Source: a bacterium
GTDB lineage: Bacteria; Zhuqueibacterota; Zhuqueibacteria; Residuimicrobiales; Krinioviventaceae
Assembly (NCBI GenBank): GCA_963674595.2
Contig: CAXXFV010000018.1
Location: 1 to 64,000, forward strand
Length of the DNA stretch: 64,000 bases
Reading direction: 5' to 3'
Part shown: piece after piece, positions 10,563-20,250 of the stretch
Position numbering within the stretch: the stretch's first letter is position 1
How the letters are laid out: the number at the start of each line of letters is the position of its first letter
Position numbers and translations under genes: made by a program
The notes under the pieces: model-generated
Databases searched by the model: none
The model's input: only the letters and a program-made list of their open reading frames with translations
What the model was told of the DNA's origin: nothing

Positions 10563-10757
10563 TTATTTATTTTTTTTAGTAAACATGAGACATTTTTCAC
10601 CAGAATTATTAAATACATCGATAGAAGGAAGCCGTTTGGACTTTAATCCAAATGCACGACAACCGTAAGGAAAATTTTTATCCCATGTGATGTAATAATA
10701 TTGACACTGATTACATTTTGGATGATCTTTACGATCTATTTTGCGAGGTGCTGTCAT
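10563..10757 (-). CDS. Small Cys-rich conserved protein (CxxC..YITWD..PYGC..C)
   Basis: 64 aa, CNQCQYYYITWDKNFPYGCRAFG...C. I recall this family being auto-labelled 'uracil-DNA glycosylase' despite lacking UDG motifs. Confidence 0.7.
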   Translation of the reverse strand: MTAPRKIDRKDHPKCNQCQYYYITWDKNFPYGCRAFGLKSKRLPSIDVFNNSGEKCLMFTKKNK

Positions 10758-10829
10758 TTTATAAACTATATCATGTAAAGGTATCTAATTTAAAAAAATT
10801 TTCATTAAAGTCAATAAAACATAACATTA

Positions 10830-11534
10830 TCAAAAATTATCTGCCGGTAATTGTATAAACGAATTCCAGCATTTGTCCGGGTTTGCCTGAAATGTCATTG
10901 TTTCTTTTGTTACAGGATGGAATAAAGTAACAGAACGCGCATGCAGGGCCAGATTTCCATTGGGGAATTTTGTTTTTGATCCGTATTTAAAATCGCCTAT
11001 GATTGGAAAACCTCTGGAAGAAAACTGAACACGAATTTGATGGTGCCTGCCGGTCTTCATTTCAATTTCAACCAGCGAGGTATCATTTTGGAATGCCAGG
11101 CGTTTATAACACAATGCTGCTGATTTTCCATTCTCAGATACAGTAAATGATTTCTGTTCTTTACGTAAAAGAAAATCCTGCATTTCACCTTGTTCCGGTA
11201 AACATCCCCGGACCAATGCCCAGTATATTTTTTTTATCTTATGCTCACGAAACTGTTCAGAGAGGCGTGAAGCCGCTTTTGAAGTGCGCCCAAAAACAAC
11301 AACACCGGATGTTGGACGGTCCAGTCTGTGCACCAGGGCCAGGAACACATTGCCGGGTTTTTGATAAACTTTTTTCAGATACGCTTTACACAGTTCAAGT
11401 AACGTCGTATCTCCTGTTTTATCTCCCTGAACAAGTAATCCCGCCTTTTTATTAACAACAAAAAGGTGGTTATCCAAATAAAGTATATCCTTTTTTTCCA
11501 ATTCGGTTTTATAAATATTAGGTTGATTTATCAA
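10830..11534 (-). CDS. RluA-family pseudouridine synthase
   Basis: HRLDRPTSG catalytic Asp motif, TGRHHQIRVQ, PIIGDFKYG, LHA. Confidence 0.93.
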   Translation of the reverse strand: MINQPNIYKTELEKKDILYLDNHLFVVNKKAGLLVQGDKTGDTTLLELCKAYLKKVYQKPGNVFLALVHRLDRPTSGVVVFGRTSKAASRLSEQFREHKIKKIYWALVRGCLPEQGEMQDFLLRKEQKSFTVSENGKSAALCYKRLAFQNDTSLVEIEMKTGRHHQIRVQFSSRGFPIIGDFKYGSKTKFPNGNLALHARSVTLFHPVTKETMTFQANPDKCWNSFIQLPADNF

Positions 11535-11735
11535 TGAAAATCCGCAAAGTTAGAAGATTGGCATTAAAGTTGAAATAACAATGAAAGATAAATAAAAAAA
11601 AAGCTAAACACAATAAATTTATTGTTTTTTAACAACTTAGAAATTTTTAGTAAAGTATGAAAGTGTGGCGTTTACTATACAGTGTCCATATATGCGGACA
11701 AGGTACAAATAGCATTACGATGGGAGGAAACTAGT

Positions 11736-13913
11736 ATGAAAAAATATTTTCAATTTTTAATAATTATACCAGTTTTGTTATTTGGACTCATTGTTCAAGT
11801 GACAGCCGGGGAATTTGTTGTTCCTCCTGATACGGCCGTCATTGCTATTCGAACCAATGGTCCATACTCATCTTTAACATATGGTGACTGGTGGACCAAC
11901 AGCGATGTCAATGCAGGAAACAGTGAACATGAATATGACATTTATGTTCCGGGAAAAGTACCCGCTACTTTTACAATCAATTTAGAATTATATGATCCGG
12001 AATCATTTCAAACGGCTTTAGAACTGGATACAAAGAGAGGAACAAAATGGGACTCTACAACATTTCGGCTTGTTGCTCCGGATGGTTCAACGGAAATCGT
12101 ATCTGAAACTTTTGATTCATTATCAACAACTTCGGAATTATGGTATTCTTTTGCTTCTTTTACAGCTCAGGATTATGGATATGGGGTATATAAATTATAT
12201 GTTTCAACATCTTTTGATGATCAAAATTTTTACCGTTTAAAAATCGTCGAATCAGACCCGGACGGCATAGCAAACAATGGTGATGAAATTTATATCGCCT
12301 CTGTAAAAACGGCGGTTCAGCACGTTGGCGACGGCTGTGAAAATTATTGTTTCTTTGTGCCGGAAACACCAACCCTGAGACTTTCCAACTTTGATATGGA
12401 TAATAATATTTCAATAGATTATACTGACCCTAATAATGTTACAACTCCAGGTACTATGTCCGGCCTGACGCTATGGAATAACAGTACGTCAACAGCCTTT
12501 CCACCTCCCGGAGGCGATGTATTTACAAATCCAACCAGCGGCTGGTGGAACGCAGAAATATGTGCCGGTAATAAAAACCAATACGTTTTTTATGCAGAAG
12601 GAGCATTGTTTTTCGGAGGGCCTCCTGCACACCCGGATATAGATATTACAGTAACGGACGGCGTTTCTTATTTAGAAAGAAATACATCAACAACTTTTCA
12701 AATTACTGTGACCAATAACGGCACCGGGCCTGCACTAAGCACTACCTTAACCGACACAATTCCGACTGATGCTACTTATCAAAGCGCCACCGGAAGTCCG
12801 GTTGTAACAACGGCTGGTTCCTATACTATTTTAACCTGGGATTTTGGAGATATGTTGCCGGAAAATTCGGAAAATGTTTCGGTAACAGTTTCTATAAATT
12901 CTGATGCTGTTGATCCAATGACCCATACGGCCTATGCAGCACATACCGATATTTTATATAATACCTATACCGGTCTGAACGGCTCTGATGTGAATAATAT
13001 CGGTACGCCGGGTTCAATCGGTAATCTCGTATTTCAGGATGCGAACGCAAACGGTATTTATGACACTGGTGATGATGGCCTGGAAAACGTAACTGTTTAC
13101 CTGACTGATTCAAATGGTGATACCACAGCCAGTGAAACAAGCGGTGCTGATGGAAGTTACCTTTTCAGTAATATCTTTAGCGGTACATACACTTTATATA
13201 TTAATACATCTTCTCTTCCGGGTGGGGCTATCTTAACAACCGGCAATTTACCGTTAGAAATAACTTTAGCAGAAGGTCAAAATTATTTAACGGCAGACTT
13301 TGGTTATGATACCAATTTGATCCCTGTAGAATTGACTTTGTTTACTGCCAGGCATGAACAAAAGCATGTACTGATTGAATGGGAAACCCAAACTGAAAGT
13401 CAAAACCTTGGTTTTAATATTCTGCGCAGTACCTCCGGAATAAACGGACAATATATCAAACTTAATTCATCTCTCATTGAAGGGGCCGGAGACAGTGAAA
13501 CAAAGAATTCTTACAAGTTTCAAGACACCGGTATTGAACCTGAAAAAACATACCACTATATTTTAGAGGATATAACCTATAGCGGGAAAACGACACAAAA
13601 CGGTCCGATTGAAGTTAAAACAGCGGCCATTCCGCAAAATTATTCGCTGGAACAAAACTATCCCAATCCTTTTAATCCAACAACGACTATAAAGTACAGT
13701 CTGAAAGAAAGCGGTTTTGCAGATATTTCGATTTATAATATCAGAGGGCAGTTGATAACAACACTGGTATCTCAAGACATGGGAGTTGGTGAGTATCAGA
13801 TACAATGGGATGGTACCGACCAGCAAGGCAACTTGCAATCAAGCGGAGTATATATCTGCAAGATGCAGGTTAATGATTTTTCTCAATCACGTAATCTTGT
13901 ATTTTTAAGATAA
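11736..13913 (+). CDS. Secreted surface protein: unknown N-domain + DUF11 + SdrD B-like + FlgD-Ig/T9SS-type C-terminal domain
   Basis: Start moved to ATG 11736 (RBS GGAGG, signal peptide); ITVTNNGTGPA..LTDTIP (DUF11); SIGNLVFQDANANG (SdrD-B); PVELTLF; QNYPNPFNPTTTIKY. Confidence 0.85.
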   Translation: MKKYFQFLIIIPVLLFGLIVQVTAGEFVVPPDTAVIAIRTNGPYSSLTYGDWWTNSDVNAGNSEHEYDIYVPGKVPATFTINLELYDPESFQTALELDTKRGTKWDSTTFRLVAPDGSTEIVSETFDSLSTTSELWYSFASFTAQDYGYGVYKLYVSTSFDDQNFYRLKIVESDPDGIANNGDEIYIASVKTAVQHVGDGCENYCFFVPETPTLRLSNFDMDNNISIDYTDPNNVTTPGTMSGLTLWNNSTSTAFPPPGGDVFTNPTSGWWNAEICAGNKNQYVFYAEGALFFGGPPAHPDIDITVTDGVSYLERNTSTTFQITVTNNGTGPALSTTLTDTIPTDATYQSATGSPVVTTAGSYTILTWDFGDMLPENSENVSVTVSINSDAVDPMTHTAYAAHTDILYNTYTGLNGSDVNNIGTPGSIGNLVFQDANANGIYDTGDDGLENVTVYLTDSNGDTTASETSGADGSYLFSNIFSGTYTLYINTSSLPGGAILTTGNLPLEITLAEGQNYLTADFGYDTNLIPVELTLFTARHEQKHVLIEWETQTESQNLGFNILRSTSGINGQYIKLNSSLIEGAGDSETKNSYKFQDTGIEPEKTYHYILEDITYSGKTTQNGPIEVKTAAIPQNYSLEQNYPNPFNPTTTIKYSLKESGFADISIYNIRGQLITTLVSQDMGVGEYQIQWDGTDQQGNLQSSGVYICKMQVNDFSQSRNLVFLR

Positions 13914-13953
13914 AAAAAAAAGCCGGAGTTTTAAAGACTCCGGCTTTTTTTTT
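13914..13953. terminator. Bidirectional intrinsic terminator
   Basis: A-run + GCCGGAGT...ACTCCGGC + T-run between convergent genes. Confidence 0.9.
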
Positions 13954-14557
13954 ATTCATAAAGTTTTGATTTGATGAACACAAGCACAATGGACTGAATG
14001 ACAGTTACTACCATTAAAAGTAAACTTGCCCAGATTAAATAATAACTGATTACAGGGCTGACAGGGTAAAGCGCAATTACGAATAAAAATAAAATAATGT
14101 ATTCGATGCGAAAAGCAATTCTCCAAATAACCTTTTCTGTCGGATCCGGTACCGCACCACGATGATTTGCATAGGCAACGATAAAGGGCGGCAATAGTGT
14201 TGAAAACAAAAGAAAAAACAACAAAATACCCATGTGTAAATCTGAATGGGGATAATCCAGAAAAAAGAAACATAATATCAACAGCATATCGACAAACCGG
14301 TCGGCAGTGCCATCCCAGAAAGCACCTAATGGTGTGGCCCGGTTTGAATATCTGGCTACTTTACCATCAATAAAATCACAAATATTGCTTATGGTAAAAA
14401 GAATGACAGCAAGGGTTAACTTGAATTTTAAAACAGACCAAAATCCGCCAATTGCCAGAAAAAGTGAAATTGTTGTCCATGTATTTGGCGAAAAAAAGCC
14501 AAAAAACTTTCCAACAGCCTTTTCCGTTTTAGGCATATCAATAAATTCTTTTATCAC
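13952..14557 (-). CDS. CDP-alcohol phosphatidyltransferase
   Basis: DFIDGKVAR...GAFWDGTADRFVD matches the DxxDGxxAR...GxxxDxxxD signature; multiple TM helices. Confidence 0.9.
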   Translation of the reverse strand: MIKEFIDMPKTEKAVGKFFGFFSPNTWTTISLFLAIGGFWSVLKFKLTLAVILFTISNICDFIDGKVARYSNRATPLGAFWDGTADRFVDMLLILCFFFLDYPHSDLHMGILLFFLLFSTLLPPFIVAYANHRGAVPDPTEKVIWRIAFRIEYIILFLFVIALYPVSPVISYYLIWASLLLMVVTVIQSIVLVFIKSKLYE

Positions 14558-14597
14558 TTTGTACTCCTATTAATAATTAAAAATCGTTTACCTGAGT

Positions 14598-14963
14598 CTA
14601 AACTCCCTGAAATTTTTCAACAGGGATACTGCACAAAAACCTGAAAACTGTAGAACCGGTATTCCGGTACTGATGATGCATGTTTGGCGGAACCAGTATT
14701 ACATAACCTGGTTTTATTGAATGCCATTCGTCATTTAAAAAAACTTGTCCTTCACCCTCTAAAACATAATTTTCATGCTCATAGGGATGAGAATGAGGAG
14801 GCGTATTACCATTGGGTTCAATTTCTATCATACGCATGTTGTAAACGGGGGCCCCATCCTTTTGCTCACTTACAAGTTCCCGGATGGATGTACCTGGCGC
14901 ACTATCCCCAAATAACGTTGCCGCCATCTGTGAATAGTGGGCCACTTTGGGTTGAGGGTTCAC
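14598..14963 (-). CDS. Cupin domain protein
   Basis: PHSHPYEHENYVLEGEG...PPNMHHQYRN cupin motifs. Confidence 0.88.
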   Translation of the reverse strand: MNPQPKVAHYSQMAATLFGDSAPGTSIRELVSEQKDGAPVYNMRMIEIEPNGNTPPHSHPYEHENYVLEGEGQVFLNDEWHSIKPGYVILVPPNMHHQYRNTGSTVFRFLCSIPVEKFQGV

Positions 14964-15940
14964 CTGGATTTCTCCTTATTTTTGTTAATTTCCAAAATCC
15001 ACATACATTCTGTATTATAAACAGTTACACGAGAGCCCATTTTTTTAAACCACTTTTCTATCCTGTCAACATCCCAACCATAGATGTGATGTTCATTACC
15101 TTCATCGGCATGGACCCCGGCAACAATTTTTTGTCCATTCGTATTAAAATCAGATAAAAGTATTGTTGCATCATTCCGGGATATTCTAACAATCTCATTT
15201 AACAAGGACTCAGTATCTGGAATATGATGCAAAGCTGTGGATGAAATAATACAATCAAATTCAGAATCCTGAAAACTGGTGTTTGTTGCATCTTGTGCTT
15301 GTAAATCTATTTTATTATCAAGTTTATAATAAATGGCATTTAATTTTGCATAATATTGTTCGTCCGCACTTTTATCAATGGAAACACAGGAAAATCCATG
15401 CCGGGCAAGTGTAATGGCTAAATGCCCTTTTCCGGTCCCGATTTCCAAAATTTTGTAATCTCTTGGTAAAGAAGGTATTTTGTTTACCAGAAATTCCCGT
15501 TCGGACATGATGTCATAACCGGCTGTTTTAAATAAATCAAGCCTTTGTTTAAATTTTTTATGATTTTCCCGCACAACATAATCAGCCATGGCTGTGTGTA
15601 ATCCCATAATACCTAGCAATGAGCAATGTTTCTTTCCTTCAGGTAGACCGCCTAAATAGGAAACGACATGATCATCTGTCAAATTCCTGGCATCCATAAA
15701 GGACTTGCCGATTACCATTTCCGAAACAGCGCTGGTTGTGGCAATGGCCGCACCACAACCAAAAACCTTGTATTTATAATCCGTAATGACATCGTCATTG
15801 ACTTTGATCCAAACTTGTATGAAATCACCACACGTTGGATCGCCGACAGTAGCCTTTCCATCAGCATCTTTAATTTCGCCAACGTTTTTTGGATTAGAAA
15901 AATGTTCCATTGTTTTTTTTGAATATTCAGATTCAACCAT
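14960..15940 (-). CDS. IscU/NifU-N Fe-S scaffold fused to class I SAM-dependent methyltransferase
   Basis: N-terminal YSKKTMEHFSNPKNVG, CGD, GCGAAIA, KKHCS; C-terminal LEIGTGKG and ALHH motifs. Confidence 0.87.
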   Translation of the reverse strand: MVESEYSKKTMEHFSNPKNVGEIKDADGKATVGDPTCGDFIQVWIKVNDDVITDYKYKVFGCGAAIATTSAVSEMVIGKSFMDARNLTDDHVVSYLGGLPEGKKHCSLLGIMGLHTAMADYVVRENHKKFKQRLDLFKTAGYDIMSEREFLVNKIPSLPRDYKILEIGTGKGHLAITLARHGFSCVSIDKSADEQYYAKLNAIYYKLDNKIDLQAQDATNTSFQDSEFDCIISSTALHHIPDTESLLNEIVRISRNDATILLSDFNTNGQKIVAGVHADEGNEHHIYGWDVDRIEKWFKKMGSRVTVYNTECMWILEINKNKEKSR

Positions 15941-15960
15941 AATTTCGTAAAATACTCTTA

Positions 15961-16683
15961 TTATATTGAGCCAATTTCTAAAACACGTCCGGCGCCACCG
16001 GCTATAAAAGTTTCTCCAAATTCAGCTTTTATCAGTTGTATTTGTTCCTCACCGGTGCAATGAGACGGCATTATATATTTAACATTAAATTCTTTAACTT
16101 TTTCTATTATACTTTTTACTTGCGGTGCTTCCGTTTTTAACAGGTGAAATCCACCCATTAATAAATAAACATTTTCGTCCGGGAAAACTTGCTTTACCTG
16201 GTTAAGGATCGGCTCCAATCCGGGATGAGCACATCCTGTAATAACAACAAGACCTTGAGCACTTTTAACAACAACAGACTGTTCATCAACAACACCCGGT
16301 AAAGAACCCATGGAAAACAGACCGGGAATAATTTCAACAGGTTCATTAACAAGCGTAAGATTTTTTACAGAGCTTTTATATTTTTCAACTTTATCAGAAT
16401 GTGTAGACGGTAAAAAAACATGAATATCCGGGTTTACAACCAGTAAATCACTCAAACCATTGATATGATCCCAATGCAAATGAGAAATAACAACTTGGTG
16501 AAAATCTTTATAATTATAGTTTAATTCATTTAAATTTCGGAAAAAATGCTCACCGTCGTTTCCGGTATCAAAAAGTAATTTTTGGTTACCCTTTTCGATA
16601 ACAGCCGAAAACCCCCAGCTTGTGCTGACTTTATCATTATATGATACATTATCAAAAATTGTGGTAATCTTAATCTTGTCCAT
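15961..16683 (-). CDS. MBL-fold metallo-hydrolase (COG1237-type)
   Basis: LLFDTG, SHLHWDHINGL, GCAHPG, GGFHL, PSHCTG. Confidence 0.88.
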   Translation of the reverse strand: MDKIKITTIFDNVSYNDKVSTSWGFSAVIEKGNQKLLFDTGNDGEHFFRNLNELNYNYKDFHQVVISHLHWDHINGLSDLLVVNPDIHVFLPSTHSDKVEKYKSSVKNLTLVNEPVEIIPGLFSMGSLPGVVDEQSVVVKSAQGLVVITGCAHPGLEPILNQVKQVFPDENVYLLMGGFHLLKTEAPQVKSIIEKVKEFNVKYIMPSHCTGEEQIQLIKAEFGETFIAGGAGRVLEIGSI

Positions 16684-16791
16684 AAAGCTGTTCCTGAATC
16701 ATAAGTAAAATAATATCCTGATGTTCAATATAATTAAATCCAATCAATGATGCAAAATCTTTCAATTTGAAACTGTAAAAACTTGTAATTA

Positions 16792-17541
16792 TCAGCGTCT
16801 GTTTTGCAGCAGCCATATATAAAAACGTTCCGGTAAAATTTTACCCAATTTGGCTATAAGCGAAAACCTTAAAGGAAAATGTATTTCAAACTTTTCTTTT
16901 TCAAGCCCGTTGATAATAATCTTTGCCGCCTTTTCAACAGAAATCATAAAAGGCATTGGGTATTTATTTTTATCTGTCATCGGTGTTTTTACAAAACCGG
17001 GAGAAATCAGAGACAATTTAATTGGTGTTTTATAAAGATCGATACGTAAACTTGAGACCAACGTCATTAACGCTGCTTTACTTGACGAGTAAGGGGCTGC
17101 TTTCGGCATGCCGCGATATCCGGCTAAACTTCCGGTAAAGGCAATAATAGATTTTTTATCTTTCATTTTCGGCAAAAAATATTTCAGAAAATGAAAAGTG
17201 TTAAATAAATTTACCTCATACAGGTATTTGATTTTTTTCATATCAATATCAAAACAGTCAAAGCCATTACTCATACCAGCATTAAAAATAATACAATCCG
17301 GAACCGTCAGTTCATTAATGATTGTTTCACAAACTTTAGTAATATCTTGTTCAAGACTGACATCACAAGGAAAAATGACATGCTGATCTCCTGGTAACTC
17401 GGCAACCAATTGCTCTAATAACTCTTTCCGCCGGGCAATGAGATAAAGTGTGTTATTTTTTTTGGCGAACTGAATGGCCAGTTCACGTCCAATTCCGGTG
17501 GATGCACCTGTAATTAAAATGGTTTTATGTTCAAATTGCAT
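16792..17541 (-). CDS. Short-chain dehydrogenase/reductase
   Basis: TGASTGIG, NAG, YSSSK catalytic motif, PGFVKT. Confidence 0.92.
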   Translation of the reverse strand: MQFEHKTILITGASTGIGRELAIQFAKKNNTLYLIARRKELLEQLVAELPGDQHVIFPCDVSLEQDITKVCETIINELTVPDCIIFNAGMSNGFDCFDIDMKKIKYLYEVNLFNTFHFLKYFLPKMKDKKSIIAFTGSLAGYRGMPKAAPYSSSKAALMTLVSSLRIDLYKTPIKLSLISPGFVKTPMTDKNKYPMPFMISVEKAAKIIINGLEKEKFEIHFPLRFSLIAKLGKILPERFYIWLLQNRR

Positions 17542-17574
17542 GTGTAAAGGTACAAAAAAAACTCAACTAAAACA

Positions 17575-17603
17575 AATAAAGGCAACTACAAGTTGCCTTT
17601 ATT
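17575..17603 (-). terminator. Intrinsic terminator after ino1
   Basis: AATAAAGGCAACT-aca-AGTTGCCTTTATT perfect hairpin. Confidence 0.75.
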
Positions 17604-17625
17604 ACTAATTTTTAAATCCTGATTT

Positions 17626-18720
17626 TTAGTTTCCTTTAATAAAGTCTTCAACTTGTAAAAAGGCCTGATCATCGGGAATTTGTTTCGGCGGGTGTTTGCA
17701 AAAGAAAGAAGCCGGGGCATACAGCACTCCTCCTTTACCTCTGTCCAGTGCTAATTTTGCACATCGAATTGAATCGATAGCAACACCGGCAGAGTTTGGT
17801 GAATCTTCTACAGAAAGTCTCATTTCCAGATTCATGGGTACATCACCAAACATCAGGCCTTCCATACGTAAAAAACAGACCTTATTATCATTTTGCCAGG
17901 GAACATAATCACTGGGTCCAACGTGAATGTTTTCATCATCAAGACGATTGGCGGCCACGGATTGAACAGCTTCTGTTTTAGAGACCTTTTTCGAAGCCAA
18001 ACGTGAACGATTCAACATATTTAAAAAATCAGTATTGCCGCCCGTATTAAGCTGATAAGTGCGCTGTAATTTTACACCGCGTTTTTTAAACAGATCGGTA
18101 AGAACACGGTGGGTAATGGTAGCGCCTAACTGGGCTTTAATGTCATCACCAATAATCGGCAGGTTCTTTTCTTCAAATTTTTTAGCCCATTCCGGATTGC
18201 TGGCGATAAAAACAGGAATATTATTAACAAAGGCCAGACCTGCTTCCAATGCACAATTGGCGTAAAACTTTGTTGCTTCTTCAGAACCAACCGGAAGGTA
18301 ATTGAGTAAAATTTCAGCACCTGTATCTTTTAGTGTTTTTACAACATCTTCAAGAGCCGGTTCCGGTTGATCAGCCGCCATAAAAGTTCTGTTTTCCGGG
18401 TACTCCCGCATGTGTTCCGAATTGCCGTCCAGCAGTTTTCCCATTTGCACTTTAACACCGGATTCCGGCAAATCATCGCAAAAAACAGCCGTACAATTTG
18501 GTCTTTCAAAAATAGCCTGGTTTACATCTTTACCAACTTTACGCTTGTCAATGTCAAAAGCAGCAACCACTTTAATGTCACCAGGTTCATAACCGCCAAG
18601 GTTATAGTGCATTAAACCGATCGCCTCTTCAGCCGGCTTGTTTTTATAGTAATAAATACCCTGAATAAGGGAGCTGGCACAGTTTCCCACGCCAACAACA
18701 GCAACTTTAATTTCTTTCAC
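17626..18720 (-). CDS. ino1: myo-Inositol-1-phosphate (inositol-3-phosphate) synthase
   Basis: GVGNCASSLIQG, NYLPVGS, GDDIKAQLGAT, YQLNTGGNTDF, DSPNSAG. Confidence 0.95.
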   Translation of the reverse strand: MKEIKVAVVGVGNCASSLIQGIYYYKNKPAEEAIGLMHYNLGGYEPGDIKVVAAFDIDKRKVGKDVNQAIFERPNCTAVFCDDLPESGVKVQMGKLLDGNSEHMREYPENRTFMAADQPEPALEDVVKTLKDTGAEILLNYLPVGSEEATKFYANCALEAGLAFVNNIPVFIASNPEWAKKFEEKNLPIIGDDIKAQLGATITHRVLTDLFKKRGVKLQRTYQLNTGGNTDFLNMLNRSRLASKKVSKTEAVQSVAANRLDDENIHVGPSDYVPWQNDNKVCFLRMEGLMFGDVPMNLEMRLSVEDSPNSAGVAIDSIRCAKLALDRGKGGVLYAPASFFCKHPPKQIPDDQAFLQVEDFIKGN

Positions 18721-18879
18721 AGAGTTCCTCCTTTAAATAATTTTTACAGCGCTTTTGTAAGCCTGTAAGGTCTTGAAATATGGGGAGAGTAGTAAGCTTT
18801 CACTCATATTTTGATTTTGGGAAAGAGATAAAACGCATTTCACTTTGTATAAAATTGCGTTTTAAGGGTTGAAAGAACG

Positions 18880-18930
18880 TATTAACTGTGTGTAAAGTTT
18901 ATGTTAAGTTCGTGTTAAGAAACGGTTAAG
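18880..18930 (-). promoter_or_regulatory. Tandem 11-bp-periodic direct repeats, Pho-box-like (OmpR/PhoB-family site)
   Basis: Minus strand reads CTTAACC, CTTAACA, CTTAACA, CTTTACA, GTTAATA at exact 11-nt spacing upstream of ino1. Confidence 0.65.
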
Positions 18931-18973
18931 ATTCAGAGCTTTTGAATATACAATTAGATTAATGACAAAGGGC

Positions 18974-19009
18974 AAAAAAAAAGCTTTTGTAATTAAATTA
19001 CAAAAGCTT
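18974..19009 (-). terminator. Intrinsic terminator of the ORP/Mrp operon
   Basis: AAGCTTTTGTAATT-a-AATTACAAAAGCTT hairpin followed by a U-tract on the minus strand. Confidence 0.75.
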
Positions 19010-19029
19010 ACAGGTACTAAAAAATATGA

Positions 19030-20250
19030 TTAATGGTCACAGGCATTAATACCGGTTTCCATATTGCCGCCAACATAGGCTTTGACCAAATCTTCCGCTT
19101 TACCTACGGGAGCGCCGGTAACAACGGAGATACCATTACTTGCAAAAAGCTGCTGGGCCCTGGAACCCATACCTCCGGCTAAAATGGTATTAACACCCAA
19201 CTCACCCAGCCATTTGGGTAAGACACCCGGTTCATGCGGCGGTGGTGTTTGGAGATCGGAATTTACAATCTTTTTCTCATTTTCATCATAGTCAATAATG
19301 GCAAACTGCTCACAATGCCCAAAATGCATACAAAGTTCATTGTTTGCCAGGGGAATTGCAAATTTTGTAACTGATTTTTCACTATCAGTTGTGTTGTTTT
19401 CAGATTTCTGTTCATCTTTATTATTCATTTCAACAACCTCCAGCATGTTATCAATAATTTTTTGAAAACAATCGGCCGTTTCTTTTTTACCAAAATAAAC
19501 AAATGGTTTTCCCTCGTCGCTGGCGGTCACAATTTCAGGATCAAGCGGGATTTTACCTAAAAAGGGTATTTTAAAAGATTCAGCCATATTTTTACCACCG
19601 CCTGATTTAAAAATATCAATATGTTCATTACAATGCGGGCAGATAAATCCACTCATATTTTCAATAACACCGAGTACGGGAATTTCCAGTTTTTCACAAA
19701 ATTTTACCGAACGTTTGACATCAGCAACAGACAAATCCTGCGGCTGGGTGACGATAAGCGCACCTGTGGGCTTTTTCAAAATCTGTACAATGGATAAAGG
19801 TTCGTCACCGGTTCCGGGAGGACAATCAACAATCAGGTAATCCAAATCGCCCCAATCAACGTCTCTTAATAATTGCTGAATAGCTCCCATTTTCATCGGG
19901 CCGCGCCAAATAACAGCATCATCCTGATTTTGCAATAATAAACCAAGTGACATCACTTTTAACGTATCACCCATTACCAGAGGTATTAATTTTTCGCCTT
20001 TCATATCAGCTTTTTTATTTTCCATCCCTAATAATTTTGGGATACTGGGTCCATGAAAATCGATATCCAACAGTCCGACAGTGTAACCGGATAAAGACAT
20101 CATAACAGCAAGATTTGCCGCAGTTGTACTTTTGCCGACACCTCCCTTGCCGGACATTACCAATATTGTTTTGGAAATCCGCGCCAGTTGATTTTCCAGT
20201 TCAATGGATTCCAGTGCGGAATCCAAATTTTCATTTACATTACAGGCCAT
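19030..20250 (-). CDS. Mrp/NBP35 (ApbC) Fe-S carrier ATPase fused to NifB/NifX (ORP-like) domain
   Basis: SGKGGVGKST, WRGPMK, DCPPGTGDE, ENMSGFICPHC; C-terminal HFGHCEQF...GGMG...NACDH. Confidence 0.92.
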   Translation of the reverse strand: MACNVNENLDSALESIELENQLARISKTILVMSGKGGVGKSTTAANLAVMMSLSGYTVGLLDIDFHGPSIPKLLGMENKKADMKGEKLIPLVMGDTLKVMSLGLLLQNQDDAVIWRGPMKMGAIQQLLRDVDWGDLDYLIVDCPPGTGDEPLSIVQILKKPTGALIVTQPQDLSVADVKRSVKFCEKLEIPVLGVIENMSGFICPHCNEHIDIFKSGGGKNMAESFKIPFLGKIPLDPEIVTASDEGKPFVYFGKKETADCFQKIIDNMLEVVEMNNKDEQKSENNTTDSEKSVTKFAIPLANNELCMHFGHCEQFAIIDYDENEKKIVNSDLQTPPPHEPGVLPKWLGELGVNTILAGGMGSRAQQLFASNGISVVTGAPVGKAEDLVKAYVGGNMETGINACDH

